A stretch of 53,794 nt of DNA, from positions 1-53,794 of the IMG/VR virus record IMGVR_UViG_2740892439_000006; one strand, given 5' to 3'. How positions within the stretch are numbered: the stretch's first letter is position 1; each line of letters begins with the position of its first letter. The notes beneath the pieces are model-generated. The model was not told where the DNA came from. It did not search any database and saw nothing but the letters and a program-made list of their open reading frames with translations. Positions 27,464 to 35,919 of this stretch are shown in pieces. The stretch comes from a virus (lineage: Duplodnaviria > Heunggongvirae > Uroviricota > Caudoviricetes). The translations under genes and the position numbers were made by a program.

Positions 27464-28361
27464 ATCTATAGCAAGCATAGCCATAGAAAAACAGGATACG
27501 ATGGCTGAAATTAGCTATATGCGCACCATTCGGACTCAGGATGAATATGAGCGCCCGATCTTCAAATGGGTAGGCGGTAAATTCTCAGAGTTGCCTACAG
27601 TGCTTGAGCATCTACCACACGGCAAGCGGTTAATAGAACCATTCGTTGGTGGCGGTTCCGTATTTACAAATGCAGGATTTCGCCACAACCTGCTTAATGA
27701 TATTAACGGTGACCTGATTAACTTCTATCAGACATTGCAGCGAGAAGGACATTCGCTCGTCACGCTGTCATATAGTTTTTTCCAAAATTACAACAACGCT
27801 GACGCTTACCTCGAAGTGCGTGAGGCATTTAACAGAGGAAAGTATGACCAGCTACATCATGCTGCCGCCTTTTTGTACCTTAATCGGCACTGTTTTAATG
27901 GCGTAACGCGGTACAACCAAAATGGCGAGTTCAACGTGGGGTATGGCAAATACAAAGCGCCCTACTTCCCACATGCAGAGATGGAGGCATTTTTGGCTGA
28001 TGACGTACTCAAAAACACGTCCTTTGTATCAGGTGACTTTGCTGGCGTCATCGAGGCGGCTGGTGAAGGCGATGTGATTTTTTGCGATCCGCCGTATGAA
28101 CCGCTGCCGGATACAGAAGGGTTTACCAGTTATTCAGGAAATAGCTTCCGTTTCGACGAACAGAAACGGCTGGTATCTCTATTGGTGGAAGCCCACCAGC
28201 GCGGCGCTAAGGTAGTGATAACAAATAGTGGTGCGCCAAACATCCGTGAACTATATGAAGGAAACGGGTTTAAAGTACATCATATGGCAGCCAGACGGTC
28301 GGTGTCCTGCAAGGCGTCAACACGTGTAGTTGCTAACGATATAATTGCAATAATGAAGTAA
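27456..28361 (+). CDS. dam: DNA adenine methyltransferase (Dam family)
   Basis: FKWVGGK, EPFVGGGSV, FLYLNRHCFNGVTRYN, CDPPY motifs; start at MSKSIASIA with RBS aggggg overlapping upstream stop. Confidence 0.8.
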   Translation: MSKSIASIAIEKQDTMAEISYMRTIRTQDEYERPIFKWVGGKFSELPTVLEHLPHGKRLIEPFVGGGSVFTNAGFRHNLLNDINGDLINFYQTLQREGHSLVTLSYSFFQNYNNADAYLEVREAFNRGKYDQLHHAAAFLYLNRHCFNGVTRYNQNGEFNVGYGKYKAPYFPHAEMEAFLADDVLKNTSFVSGDFAGVIEAAGEGDVIFCDPPYEPLPDTEGFTSYSGNSFRFDEQKRLVSLLVEAHQRGAKVVITNSGAPNIRELYEGNGFKVHHMAARRSVSCKASTRVVANDIIAIMK

Positions 28362-28393
28362 AAAACGCCGCAGTAGCGGCGTTTACTTTTTTA
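28362..28393. terminator. bidirectional rho-independent terminator between dam and glnS
   Basis: stem cgccgc/gcggcg, loop agta, A5 upstream and T-run downstream. Confidence 0.7.
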
Positions 28394-28409
28394 TGTGGCG
28401 AAATACCTA

Positions 28410-30071
28410 TTAACCTAACTTCGCCCAGGTATCACGCAGCCCAACGGTGCGGTTAAATACCGGTTTTTCCGCCGTGGAATGGCGGCTGTCGAGGCAGAAA
28501 TAACCTTCACGCTCAAACTGGAATGCTTTACCCGCTACCGCGTCTTTCAGCGACGGTTCAGCAAAACCCTGTTTGATCACCAGCGATTCCGGGTTAATCA
28601 CCGACAGGAAATCATCCGCAGCACCTGGGTTCGGCACGCTGAACAGACGATCGTACAGGCGGATTTCAACCGGCAGCGCATGTGCCGCGCTCACCCAGTG
28701 AATAACGCCTTTCACTTTACGACCATCTGCCGGATCTTTGCTTAAGGTGTCGGCGTCATAAGTACAGAAGATGGTGGTGATATTGCCTTCGGCATCTTTC
28801 TCCACGCGTTCAGCCTTAATGACGTAAGCATTACGCAGACGCACTTCTTTACCCAGCACCAGACGTTTGTACTGCTTGTTAGCTTCTTCGCGGAAATCGG
28901 CGCGGTCGATCCAAATCTCACCGCTAAACGGCACCTGACGGCTACCCATTTCCGGTTTGTTTGGATGGTTCGGCATGGTGACCATTTCGCCTTCGCCCTG
29001 GTAGTTTTCGATAACCAGTTTCACCGGATCGATAACCGCCATTGCGCGCGGGGCATTTTCGTTGAGATCTTCACGGATGCAGGATTCCAGCGACGCCATT
29101 TCAATGGTGTTGTCCTGCTTGGTCACGCCGATGCGTTTGCAGAACTCACGAATAGAAGCCGCAGTGTAACCACGACGACGCAGACCGGAAATGGTCGGCA
29201 TACGCGGGTCATCCCAGCCTTCAACGTGCTTGTCGGTCACCAGCAGGTTCAGCTTACGCTTGGACATCACAGTGTATTCCAGATTCAGGCGCGAGAATTC
29301 GTACTGGCGCGGGTGAACAGGAATGGTGATGTTGTCCAGTACCCAGTCATACAGACGACGGTTGTCCTGGAACTCAAGCGTACACAGAGAGTGCGTAATA
29401 CCTTCCAGCGCATCGCTGATGCAGTGGGTAAAGTCGTACATCGGGTAGATGCACCACTTGTTACCAGTCTGGTGGTGTTCAGCAAATTTAATGCGGTACA
29501 GCACCGGATCGCGCATTACGATAAATGGCGACGCCATGTCGATTTTCGCACGCAGGCAGGCTTTACCTTCTTCAAAACCACCGGCACGCATTTTTTCGAA
29601 CAGCGCCAGGTTCTCTTCAACGCTGCGGTCGCGGTACGGGCTGTTTTTACCCGGCTGCGTCAGGGTGCCACGATATTCGCGGATCTGTTCCGGCGTCAGT
29701 TCATCAACGTACGCCAGGCCTTTATTGATCAGTTCAACAGCATAGGCATGGAGTTTGTCAAAATAATCGGAGGAGTAACGGATGTTGCCAGACCAGTGAA
29801 AACCTAACCATTCAACGTCGTTTTTAATCGACTCGACGTACTCGATATCTTCTTTTACCGGGTTAGTGTCGTCGAAACGCAGGTTGCACTGGCCTTTATA
29901 GTCCTGGGCGATCCCGAAGTTCAGGCAGATAGATTTCGCATGACCAATATGCAGATAGCCATTCGGTTCCGGCGGGAAACGGGTATGTACTGTGGTGTGC
30001 TTACCACTGGCCAGATCTTCATCGATGATCTGACGAATAAAGTTAGTCGGGCGGGCTTCTGCCTCACTCAT
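28410..30071 (-). CDS. glnS: glutaminyl-tRNA synthetase
   Basis: 553 aa; N-terminus [24 protein letters not shown] and HIGH-type motif region match E. coli GlnS as recalled; extreme C-terminus reads ...DTWAKLG. Confidence 0.95.
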   Translation of the reverse strand: MSEAEARPTNFIRQIIDEDLASGKHTTVHTRFPPEPNGYLHIGHAKSICLNFGIAQDYKGQCNLRFDDTNPVKEDIEYVESIKNDVEWLGFHWSGNIRYSSDYFDKLHAYAVELINKGLAYVDELTPEQIREYRGTLTQPGKNSPYRDRSVEENLALFEKMRAGGFEEGKACLRAKIDMASPFIVMRDPVLYRIKFAEHHQTGNKWCIYPMYDFTHCISDALEGITHSLCTLEFQDNRRLYDWVLDNITIPVHPRQYEFSRLNLEYTVMSKRKLNLLVTDKHVEGWDDPRMPTISGLRRRGYTAASIREFCKRIGVTKQDNTIEMASLESCIREDLNENAPRAMAVIDPVKLVIENYQGEGEMVTMPNHPNKPEMGSRQVPFSGEIWIDRADFREEANKQYKRLVLGKEVRLRNAYVIKAERVEKDAEGNITTIFCTYDADTLSKDPADGRKVKGVIHWVSAAHALPVEIRLYDRLFSVPNPGAADDFLSVINPESLVIKQGFAEPSLKDAVAGKAFQFEREGYFCLDSRHSTAEKPVFNRTVGLRDTWAKLG

Positions 30072-30260
30072 TGTGGATTCCTCAAAGCGTAAACAACGTA
30101 TAACAGCGTATGATCTTATAAGCCGAATAGGCTGACAACCACTAGTTGATTAGAAATTGCTTTCTATCGTTATTTCAATAATGAGCTTTTTCATGAAGCC
30201 CACTTTTGCGCATAAGTAAATTAATGACAAATGGTACACAATTGGAACCAAAAAGGATGT

Positions 30261-30298
30261 AAAGGTGCACCAAATTAGTGGTGTATTGGTGCACCTTT
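30261..30298. promoter_or_regulatory. 12-bp perfect inverted repeat between glnS upstream region and partition operon
   Basis: aaaggtgcacca-N14-tggtgcaccttt; no adjacent T-run, so operator rather than clean terminator. Confidence 0.4.
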
Positions 30299-30339
30299 GG
30301 TTCAAGACTTTTTAAGTTCTAAAACCAACCTGAAAGACT

Positions 30340-30627
30340 TTATTTTGCTTCCTCAGACTCCGCTAACATGAGGATAGCATGGCGGATCATATTCAATTTG
30401 CTGCGATTATGCTTTTTACTTAACGCATCAAGTACTTGGTACTCGTATTCATTGAAACCAACACGAATAGATTTAAAATCACGTGGAGCGTCCTTATCGA
30501 GCACTTTGTTGTCTTCTGGTTGCTCACCCGGCACCAAATCAGCCTTACTGGCAAAATCCTCAATTCGGCGTTCAAGATCGGGGTCTTTTACTTCGGGGGC
30601 TTTTACCGATTTACGAGGCTTAATCAC
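30340..30627 (-). CDS. partition RHH protein (ParG-like)
   Basis: 95 aa; downstream of and overlapping small ParA; C-terminal MIRHAILMLAESEE ribbon-helix-helix-like. Confidence 0.5.
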   Translation of the reverse strand: MIKPRKSVKAPEVKDPDLERRIEDFASKADLVPGEQPEDNKVLDKDAPRDFKSIRVGFNEYEYQVLDALSKKHNRSKLNMIRHAILMLAESEEAK

Positions 30628-31261
30628 TTAATAACTCCTTAACCAACATCTGGATTTCACCTTTAGCTTTCCCGTTGTCCATCTCAACAACGCCCTTCCC
30701 TTCAGCCATGCAATCGCGGTAAACCTTACGATCACGAATGATGGTTTTCAGCAACTTCAGTTGCGGATATTCAGCCAGGTACTCTTTGGCCTCATTGGTT
30801 TCATTCACAACCGGATTGGATGGGGCCATTGTTAAGACTGCGAACGCCTTAATGCTAGGATTAGGCATCAGGTCCAAAGCCTCTTCAAACACTTCAACAA
30901 AGTGTGCCAGCGTGTCTAAATCTGGTTGAGATGGTCTGAATGGGACCAACACAATATCTGCAGCGGTTATGCCTGTACGCATCTCTTTGCTATCGCGCCC
31001 GGCTGTATCAACAACTACAAATTCATAACGCTTATCCAGATCGAGAAGTGTTTCTCGAATATTACCAAACTTCTGGACACAATGAATTACAGGAGAAACC
31101 TCTGCCGTGTTACGGTCAGCTGCCCAGCGGGCAGCTGTTCCTTGCTTGTCTGCATCTAGTAACACTACATCCTTATTTGCGCGGGCAAGCTCCGCACAGA
31201 TGTTTACGCTTGTGGTTGATTTTCCACAGCCACCTTTTTGGCTGACTACCAATATAATCAT
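30620..31261 (-). CDS. parA: small ParA-type partition ATPase (type Ib)
   Basis: Deviant Walker A VVSQKGGCGKST; start at MIILVV with RBS gagg. Confidence 0.7.
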   Translation of the reverse strand: MIILVVSQKGGCGKSTTSVNICAELARANKDVVLLDADKQGTAARWAADRNTAEVSPVIHCVQKFGNIRETLLDLDKRYEFVVVDTAGRDSKEMRTGITAADIVLVPFRPSQPDLDTLAHFVEVFEEALDLMPNPSIKAFAVLTMAPSNPVVNETNEAKEYLAEYPQLKLLKTIIRDRKVYRDCMAEGKGVVEMDNGKAKGEIQMLVKELLSD

Positions 31262-31504
31262 ATCCGTTCCTCGGTGTGATTTTGGTATCAAAACGGTTCC
31301 AGATAAGAGCCTTTTTGATGCGGGACAGGCTCTATAATGGAGTCATTAATGTTTGGCAAAGTATAACATCAATCAGACCAAATACACCTTATATTGCATC
31401 CTATTTAACACGAAATCAGCCCAAAATTGGAACCAGATACAAAATAACCCCATAACAGCACCTAAGTGGTACCAAACAAACACTAATTAGACACCATTAA
31501 GGCA

Positions 31505-31535
31505 TAAAAAAGGCTGCAATTTGCAGCCTTAAACC
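31505..31535 (-). terminator. rho-independent terminator after parR
   Basis: stem aggctgca/tgcagcct with A-run on plus strand (T-run on minus). Confidence 0.5.
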
Positions 31536-31548
31536 AGCACATCTTCTG

Positions 31549-31893
31549 TCAATCAGGTAGAGAGTCAGCTAGATTGCGCGCCGACGCGCTTTTGGCTACA
31601 AATTGCTCCTTCACTGGCTCAATGGAGGCAGGGCGCTCCTCAACCGCAGCTGGTAGTTCCAGGAAGGATGCCAGCATTTTTCGGATCAGCTCCGGGTTAT
31701 TGTCTTCGGTCAGCAGGGAAGCCAGTAATCCTGGAAGCCTGCTATCGACTTCTCCCAGCGCAAGCCCTGCCAACAATGCAGTTCTTGCCATATCGCTATG
31801 TTTTTTTATCTTCTCGCTCGCCGCCTTTTCATTGGCATAAGCCTCTGGGCGAAGATAAATCATCACTTTCTTACGTTCCTGAGACATGGACAT
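31549..31893 (-). CDS. parR: ParR-like centromere-binding protein
   Basis: 114 aa immediately downstream of parM; RTALLAGLAL resembles R1 ParR as recalled. Confidence 0.6.
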   Translation of the reverse strand: MSMSQERKKVMIYLRPEAYANEKAASEKIKKHSDMARTALLAGLALGEVDSRLPGLLASLLTEDNNPELIRKMLASFLELPAAVEERPASIEPVKEQFVAKSASARNLADSLPD

Positions 31894-31899
31894 ACCTCG

Positions 31900-32879
31900 T
31901 TAACCGATTGCTTTCAGGCCATGAACAAGAGCAAGTTGCGGGTCATCCGCCACGAAGAAACGGTCATCACGAATATTAACTTGCACGCGAATTGCATCTG
32001 CCACCAGCGGTGCGCCACCACCGATCACCATGACATGCGTATATCCTTTAAAGTCGCCAATCACATCAAGAACGCGGGTACGCAGACGGTCAATGCTTGC
32101 GGCAATGGCCTTTTTCACATCACCAATCGCTGATGGGTCATTGATATTGTCGTTCAGATAATCTTCATCGTGGCGGTTAATAATGAGCTGATCCACATTG
32201 TAATTTGACGTTTCGGTATTGGCCCTTGCAAGTGCTTGCCTTACTTCCCTGGTGACCAGTGATACACCAAGATTCGAATCGCCAAAAACACGGGAAACTG
32301 CCGTCATTTGTCCAGCGACCATTGAAACATCAAGGTAGTTCCACCCAAATCGACGATAAGAACAGAGTGGGCAGGGTTCAGATTGTCGCACAGGCTAATT
32401 CCCGCCGGGATAGACTCCGGGCGTACCGTAACTTTCTTAATAGTGAATACATTGCCTTTATTCAGCGTGACGGGGCGCATAAGACTGGCTTTCTTGCGCT
32501 CGATGTTATCGAGATTGTATTGCGCGTCGTCGTCGTAAAACTCTGCCAGAGGCAGCGTGACCACAATTTCTACTTCCTGCGGCTCAATACCGCTTGTCAG
32601 CAGGGCATGGTGAACAGCCAGGACGTTAAGCGGGCTGTATTGCCATTCCACATTATTCGTCGGCAGAACATCTGGCGATATCAAGTCGTATGAATACTTT
32701 TCGTCGTCAATGACATAGTTAAACGGCTTGCCCGCACCAAATGTTGCTGACCATCCGCGCTTAAAGCTGTTAGGGCTGATGTGAGTGCGAGTTTCCCCGT
32801 CGTGCTCCCACAGCATTTTGATATTGGTTGAACCATCATCGATAAAAATGCGCATCTTCTTGCTCCACTTCTGAGACAC
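31900..32879 (-). pseudogene. parM: ParM (StbA) actin-like segregation ATPase, frame broken after DLGGTTL
   Basis: Two ORFs (32304..32879 and 31900..32391) each match R1 ParM halves ([11 protein letters not shown]; GYTHVMVIGGGA); frame restored by ttgatg->ttggatg. Confidence 0.75.
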
Positions 32880-33060
32880 ATTTGAGAATCAAAATGTAAT
32901 TTTAAAAGAGAAGCACCCAAAAATCCACACCAAACGAGATAAAAAAGAGCGCTTGTTGAGTTTATTTTGAGAATATCTTAATCACCCACTGAATGATGGT
33001 CTGATGGTGAGATTTATTTGAGAATGAATTGAGAATACAAAAATATTCCGAAATTTAACT
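32880..33060. repeat. parC-like centromere region with direct TTGAGAAT repeats
   Basis: At least five ttgagaat copies upstream of parM. Confidence 0.45.
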
Positions 33061-33121
33061 CTCCGTTTGAATGACGAAATAACAAAGTGATGACAATAGG
33101 AGGATAACCAGGAGGTGAAGA

Positions 33122-33406
33122 ATGAGCGCAATAGCCACCAGCGACACCCTTTGTTCTGGTCACGGAGGATTTCCGCCGCGACTGGTAGCTGAAACCGTTC
33201 CCTGGTTCACCGTTAACGGTAAGCCAGTTGTTGTAGATGGTGCCATGTTTCCCAGTCACACTGACGGTAACAGTGCACATCCAGGGGCAGCTGTATCGAC
33301 GCGAGTATGGTTTTCGATAGGTGGAAAGGGAGTTGTCTGTGTAGGCGATCCGCTTTCTTGTGGTTCTGTTATCGCCAACGGCGAGGATATTTTTCAGGTT
33401 GCATAA
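33122..33406 (+). CDS. PAAR-like spike-tip protein (tentative)
   Basis: 94 aa, Gly-rich, GKGVVCVGDPLSCGSVIANGED motif; RBS aggagg. Confidence 0.4.
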   Translation: MSAIATSDTLCSGHGGFPPRLVAETVPWFTVNGKPVVVDGAMFPSHTDGNSAHPGAAVSTRVWFSIGGKGVVCVGDPLSCGSVIANGEDIFQVA

Positions 33407-34212
33407 TGCTTGATTCAATAGGTGAAGTTAAAGCCTTCAAAATTCTGTCAGATGCCGGTATCTCTACACCAGAATCTATAACCATAAGCCGGGCAGCTTC
33501 TGTAAAAGCCTCATCGCTCGCCAGCGCCATACAGGGAATAGTTCACGCCGATAAAACCTATCCTGATTCTGTTTCGGCCTGGACTACTCAATTGCTTGGC
33601 TTTTCTGAACAGCTCAATGAGGCCAGCAAAGCGTCTTCATTACTGGCTGATTCTCTTTCCCCATACACCAAGCCATCAGAGCTGTTACAGATGAAGATTG
33701 GCTGGGAATGCTACGCAAAAGGTAACGAGCTGACCCCCATACCTGCTTTCGCCCTTGTTGAGGGAATGGGGAATGTTTCCATTCCGCAATCCCTAACGGA
33801 CGCATTGACGGCGCTAAAACTTGATGCTCTGAAAACCGCCATGAACGCCATTAACGCAAAAATTGAAGCTGCCGGAAGTGCTGGTGGTGGTGAAAGCGAT
33901 GGTGGACAGGGTGGTGCTGGGGGCGCTCAGGCTCCAGTCATTACTCAGGATGAAATTGATGCTTTACGGGAAGCAGTGACAGCCGCCGAAGTTTTACTCT
34001 CCGAAATTAACTCAGCAAGTGAGGGTGTCGTAGCCCTTACAGGTCGCATTAAAACGTCAACCACTCAGGCAACCAAAGGTTTAGAGAACGCTGTCGCCAT
34101 CACGTTAACTGGTTCTCTACTGGATAATGCAGTAATGAGTCCGGCAATCAGTTTAATCATGCCACAAGGCGTTATCGATGCGCTCCAAAAGAACACCAAA
34201 AAGGAACCATAG
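33406..34212 (+). CDS. hypothetical virion-associated protein
   Basis: 268 aa from MLDSIGEV, TAATG overlap with upstream stop; Gly-rich linker. Confidence 0.4.
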   Translation: MLDSIGEVKAFKILSDAGISTPESITISRAASVKASSLASAIQGIVHADKTYPDSVSAWTTQLLGFSEQLNEASKASSLLADSLSPYTKPSELLQMKIGWECYAKGNELTPIPAFALVEGMGNVSIPQSLTDALTALKLDALKTAMNAINAKIEAAGSAGGGESDGGQGGAGGAQAPVITQDEIDALREAVTAAEVLLSEINSASEGVVALTGRIKTSTTQATKGLENAVAITLTGSLLDNAVMSPAISLIMPQGVIDALQKNTKKEP

Positions 34213-34267
34213 AAACACTACTTAGGCACACAATAGGATGTAAATTGGTACATATTTAACACCAAAA

Positions 34268-34741
34268 ATGAACCTGAAGAGGATGGTTTTGAAAAAGATA
34301 ATTTTGATTGTAATTGCGCTTTTAGCCATTTCTGGAATTTACCGAACAACGACGGCAGTTATCGAACACATCAGGTATGTCCGATCGCTTGAAGACTCAA
34401 AATCACAACTGGAAAGCACGAACAACACGCTTTCTACCGCATTACAGTTAAGTGAGAACGCTCGCTCAGCCATGCTGACCGAAAACGAAAGAATTAAAGC
34501 ACTGGAAAAGGAGTACCAGCGCAAAACAGCAGAACTGAATGCCAACCTAATCAAACAACGAGAGGAAAGCCAGAATGAAATCACTCGCCTTGAAAATGCG
34601 TTACGCCGTGCTGGGATTAACGATGTGCGTGTGCCTGATGACGTTATCAGGATGCAGCGGGAACGGGCAAAAGCCATCAACCAGCGTGCCAGTGAAAATT
34701 ACCGTAGAAGCCACCAGCAAGCCGCAGGCAAATCTGATTGA
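34268..34741 (+). CDS. Rz-like inner-membrane spanin
   Basis: N-terminal TM helix then long coiled coil; embedded out-of-frame lipoprotein ORF. Confidence 0.55.
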   Translation: MNLKRMVLKKIILIVIALLAISGIYRTTTAVIEHIRYVRSLEDSKSQLESTNNTLSTALQLSENARSAMLTENERIKALEKEYQRKTAELNANLIKQREESQNEITRLENALRRAGINDVRVPDDVIRMQRERAKAINQRASENYRRSHQQAAGKSD

Positions 34742-34907
34742 TTACTCCCCTTGTTTAGTGCCAGAGGACACGCCAGTGCTGTTAAACAAGTATCCGACAT
34801 ACGCTGAACAGTTATTCAGCACGATCGACGAATGCAACCAACGAAACGCACTGAATAACCAAAGAAACAGGGAGATTTGGGAAGGGAAGGGGGATCAAGG
34901 CTCCTGA
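34575..34907 (+). CDS. Rz1-like outer-membrane lipoprotein spanin
   Basis: Lipobox LSGC after signal peptide; overlaps Rz-like gene in another frame. Confidence 0.5.
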   Translation: MKSLALKMRYAVLGLTMCVCLMTLSGCSGNGQKPSTSVPVKITVEATSKPQANLIDYSPCLVPEDTPVLLNKYPTYAEQLFSTIDECNQRNALNNQRNREIWEGKGDQGS

Positions 34908-35353
34908 AGCCAGATGTCCTGGCTGTCAGCTTCTTCGAAACCGTGACAGACGTTAAAGTCACTCAAGCGATACTGACGCTGACGGCCTCTATTTCGCTCA
35001 TGCCAATGCATATATCCACCAGCAAATGCCAGCGGACAATCACTATAGTCTATGTAACCAATACCATTCCCCAAACGTGCTTCGCGCGCACCGGCTTTCC
35101 AGGACAGTAGAAAAGAGTCACGATCCGCCAGCATAACAACAAAATCGTCCGGATCTCCGATACAGTGAAGAATACCTGCCTTACATAACTGCTTGAGCGC
35201 TTTGGACTGGCTCAGGATGTCTTCTCCGTAATACTGAAAACAATCATCAACAACAGCGGGATAGCCTGCCGGGGGATTCAGGCTGGTTGGTATAGCTGAC
35301 GCGATCGACAGCATTAAGCGATATTGTGTTTTTGATGGGTTAACGTGGCTCAT
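34895..35353 (-). CDS. hypothetical protein
   Basis: 152 aa ORF. Confidence 0.4.
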   Translation of the reverse strand: MSHVNPSKTQYRLMLSIASAIPTSLNPPAGYPAVVDDCFQYYGEDILSQSKALKQLCKAGILHCIGDPDDFVVMLADRDSFLLSWKAGAREARLGNGIGYIDYSDCPLAFAGGYMHWHERNRGRQRQYRLSDFNVCHGFEEADSQDIWLQEP

Positions 35354-35369
35354 TTTGTCCCTTGTTTAC

Positions 35370-35762
35370 TCATTGTCGCCATGCGTTTTTTAACTCAGGA
35401 ATATCTGCCATTTCAATTAACTTGCGAAGTCCAGCACTGACTTTCCCATTACCAACCATAGCAAGCCAATCTCTTACTGCTTTCGGCATGTAGAGCGTTG
35501 CTGTTACCGGCTCTTCAACCCTGGCAGGACATCCGCATACAGGCCATTTAATTGATTCCATAACTTCGGAGGCTGGGGTGAGGGCGGGGACATTGAGTAT
35601 ATCTCTACCAGAAAACTGGATAACGATCCGTTCAGCTAGCGAGAGTATCTCACTTTCGGCAAGAATTGATGCCAACTGCGCCTCAACAAGAAAGCGACTT
35701 GTTGTGTTCAGAGAGTGGCTCTTAGCGCCATTTTTATACGAAACAAAGATTCGATACGCCAT
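35370..35762 (-). CDS. hypothetical protein
   Basis: 130 aa ORF. Confidence 0.4.
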   Translation of the reverse strand: MAYRIFVSYKNGAKSHSLNTTSRFLVEAQLASILAESEILSLAERIVIQFSGRDILNVPALTPASEVMESIKWPVCGCPARVEEPVTATLYMPKAVRDWLAMVGNGKVSAGLRKLIEMADIPELKNAWRQ

Positions 35763-35777
35763 AACTCTAATGATTTG

Positions 35778-35808
35778 TGTTAGAAAACTAAAATTAAATC
35801 ACATAACA
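35778..35808. promoter_or_regulatory. operator-like site E (good left half, degenerate right half)
   Basis: gTGTTAGAAAACTAAAAT shares 17-bp core with site A; sits between divergent genes upstream of structural operon. Confidence 0.35.
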
Positions 35809-35919
35809 ACATGCGTGTTAATATATTTTATTTTACTAAGCCTATTGACTAAATCACAAAGTATGTATTGTTAGCACGTCAAAAGAACCTTCACGCCGCG
35901 CCCGAATTTAGGCTTAACC

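Noticed and set aside
28479-29807. Plus-strand track ORFs of 88 to 280 aa (28479..28745, 28965..29807, 29449..29745, 29525..29728)
   Set aside because: They lie antisense to the well-supported glnS coding sequence; Arg/His-rich low-complexity translations typical of antisense frames in GC-rich genes
30100-30160. P1 C1 operator (ATTGCTCTAATAAATTT) near gattagaaattgctttctat
   Set aside because: Only ATTGCT matches; no convincing P1-type operator found anywhere, so immunity specificity is probably different
28362-30340. glnS as a chromosomal attachment site with the prophage integrated at its 3-prime end
   Set aside because: Both flanks of glnS are mobile-element genes (dam on one side, partition genes on the other) and no integrase or att-like direct repeats are present; glnS seems to be carried by the element, though an assembly chimera cannot be excluded
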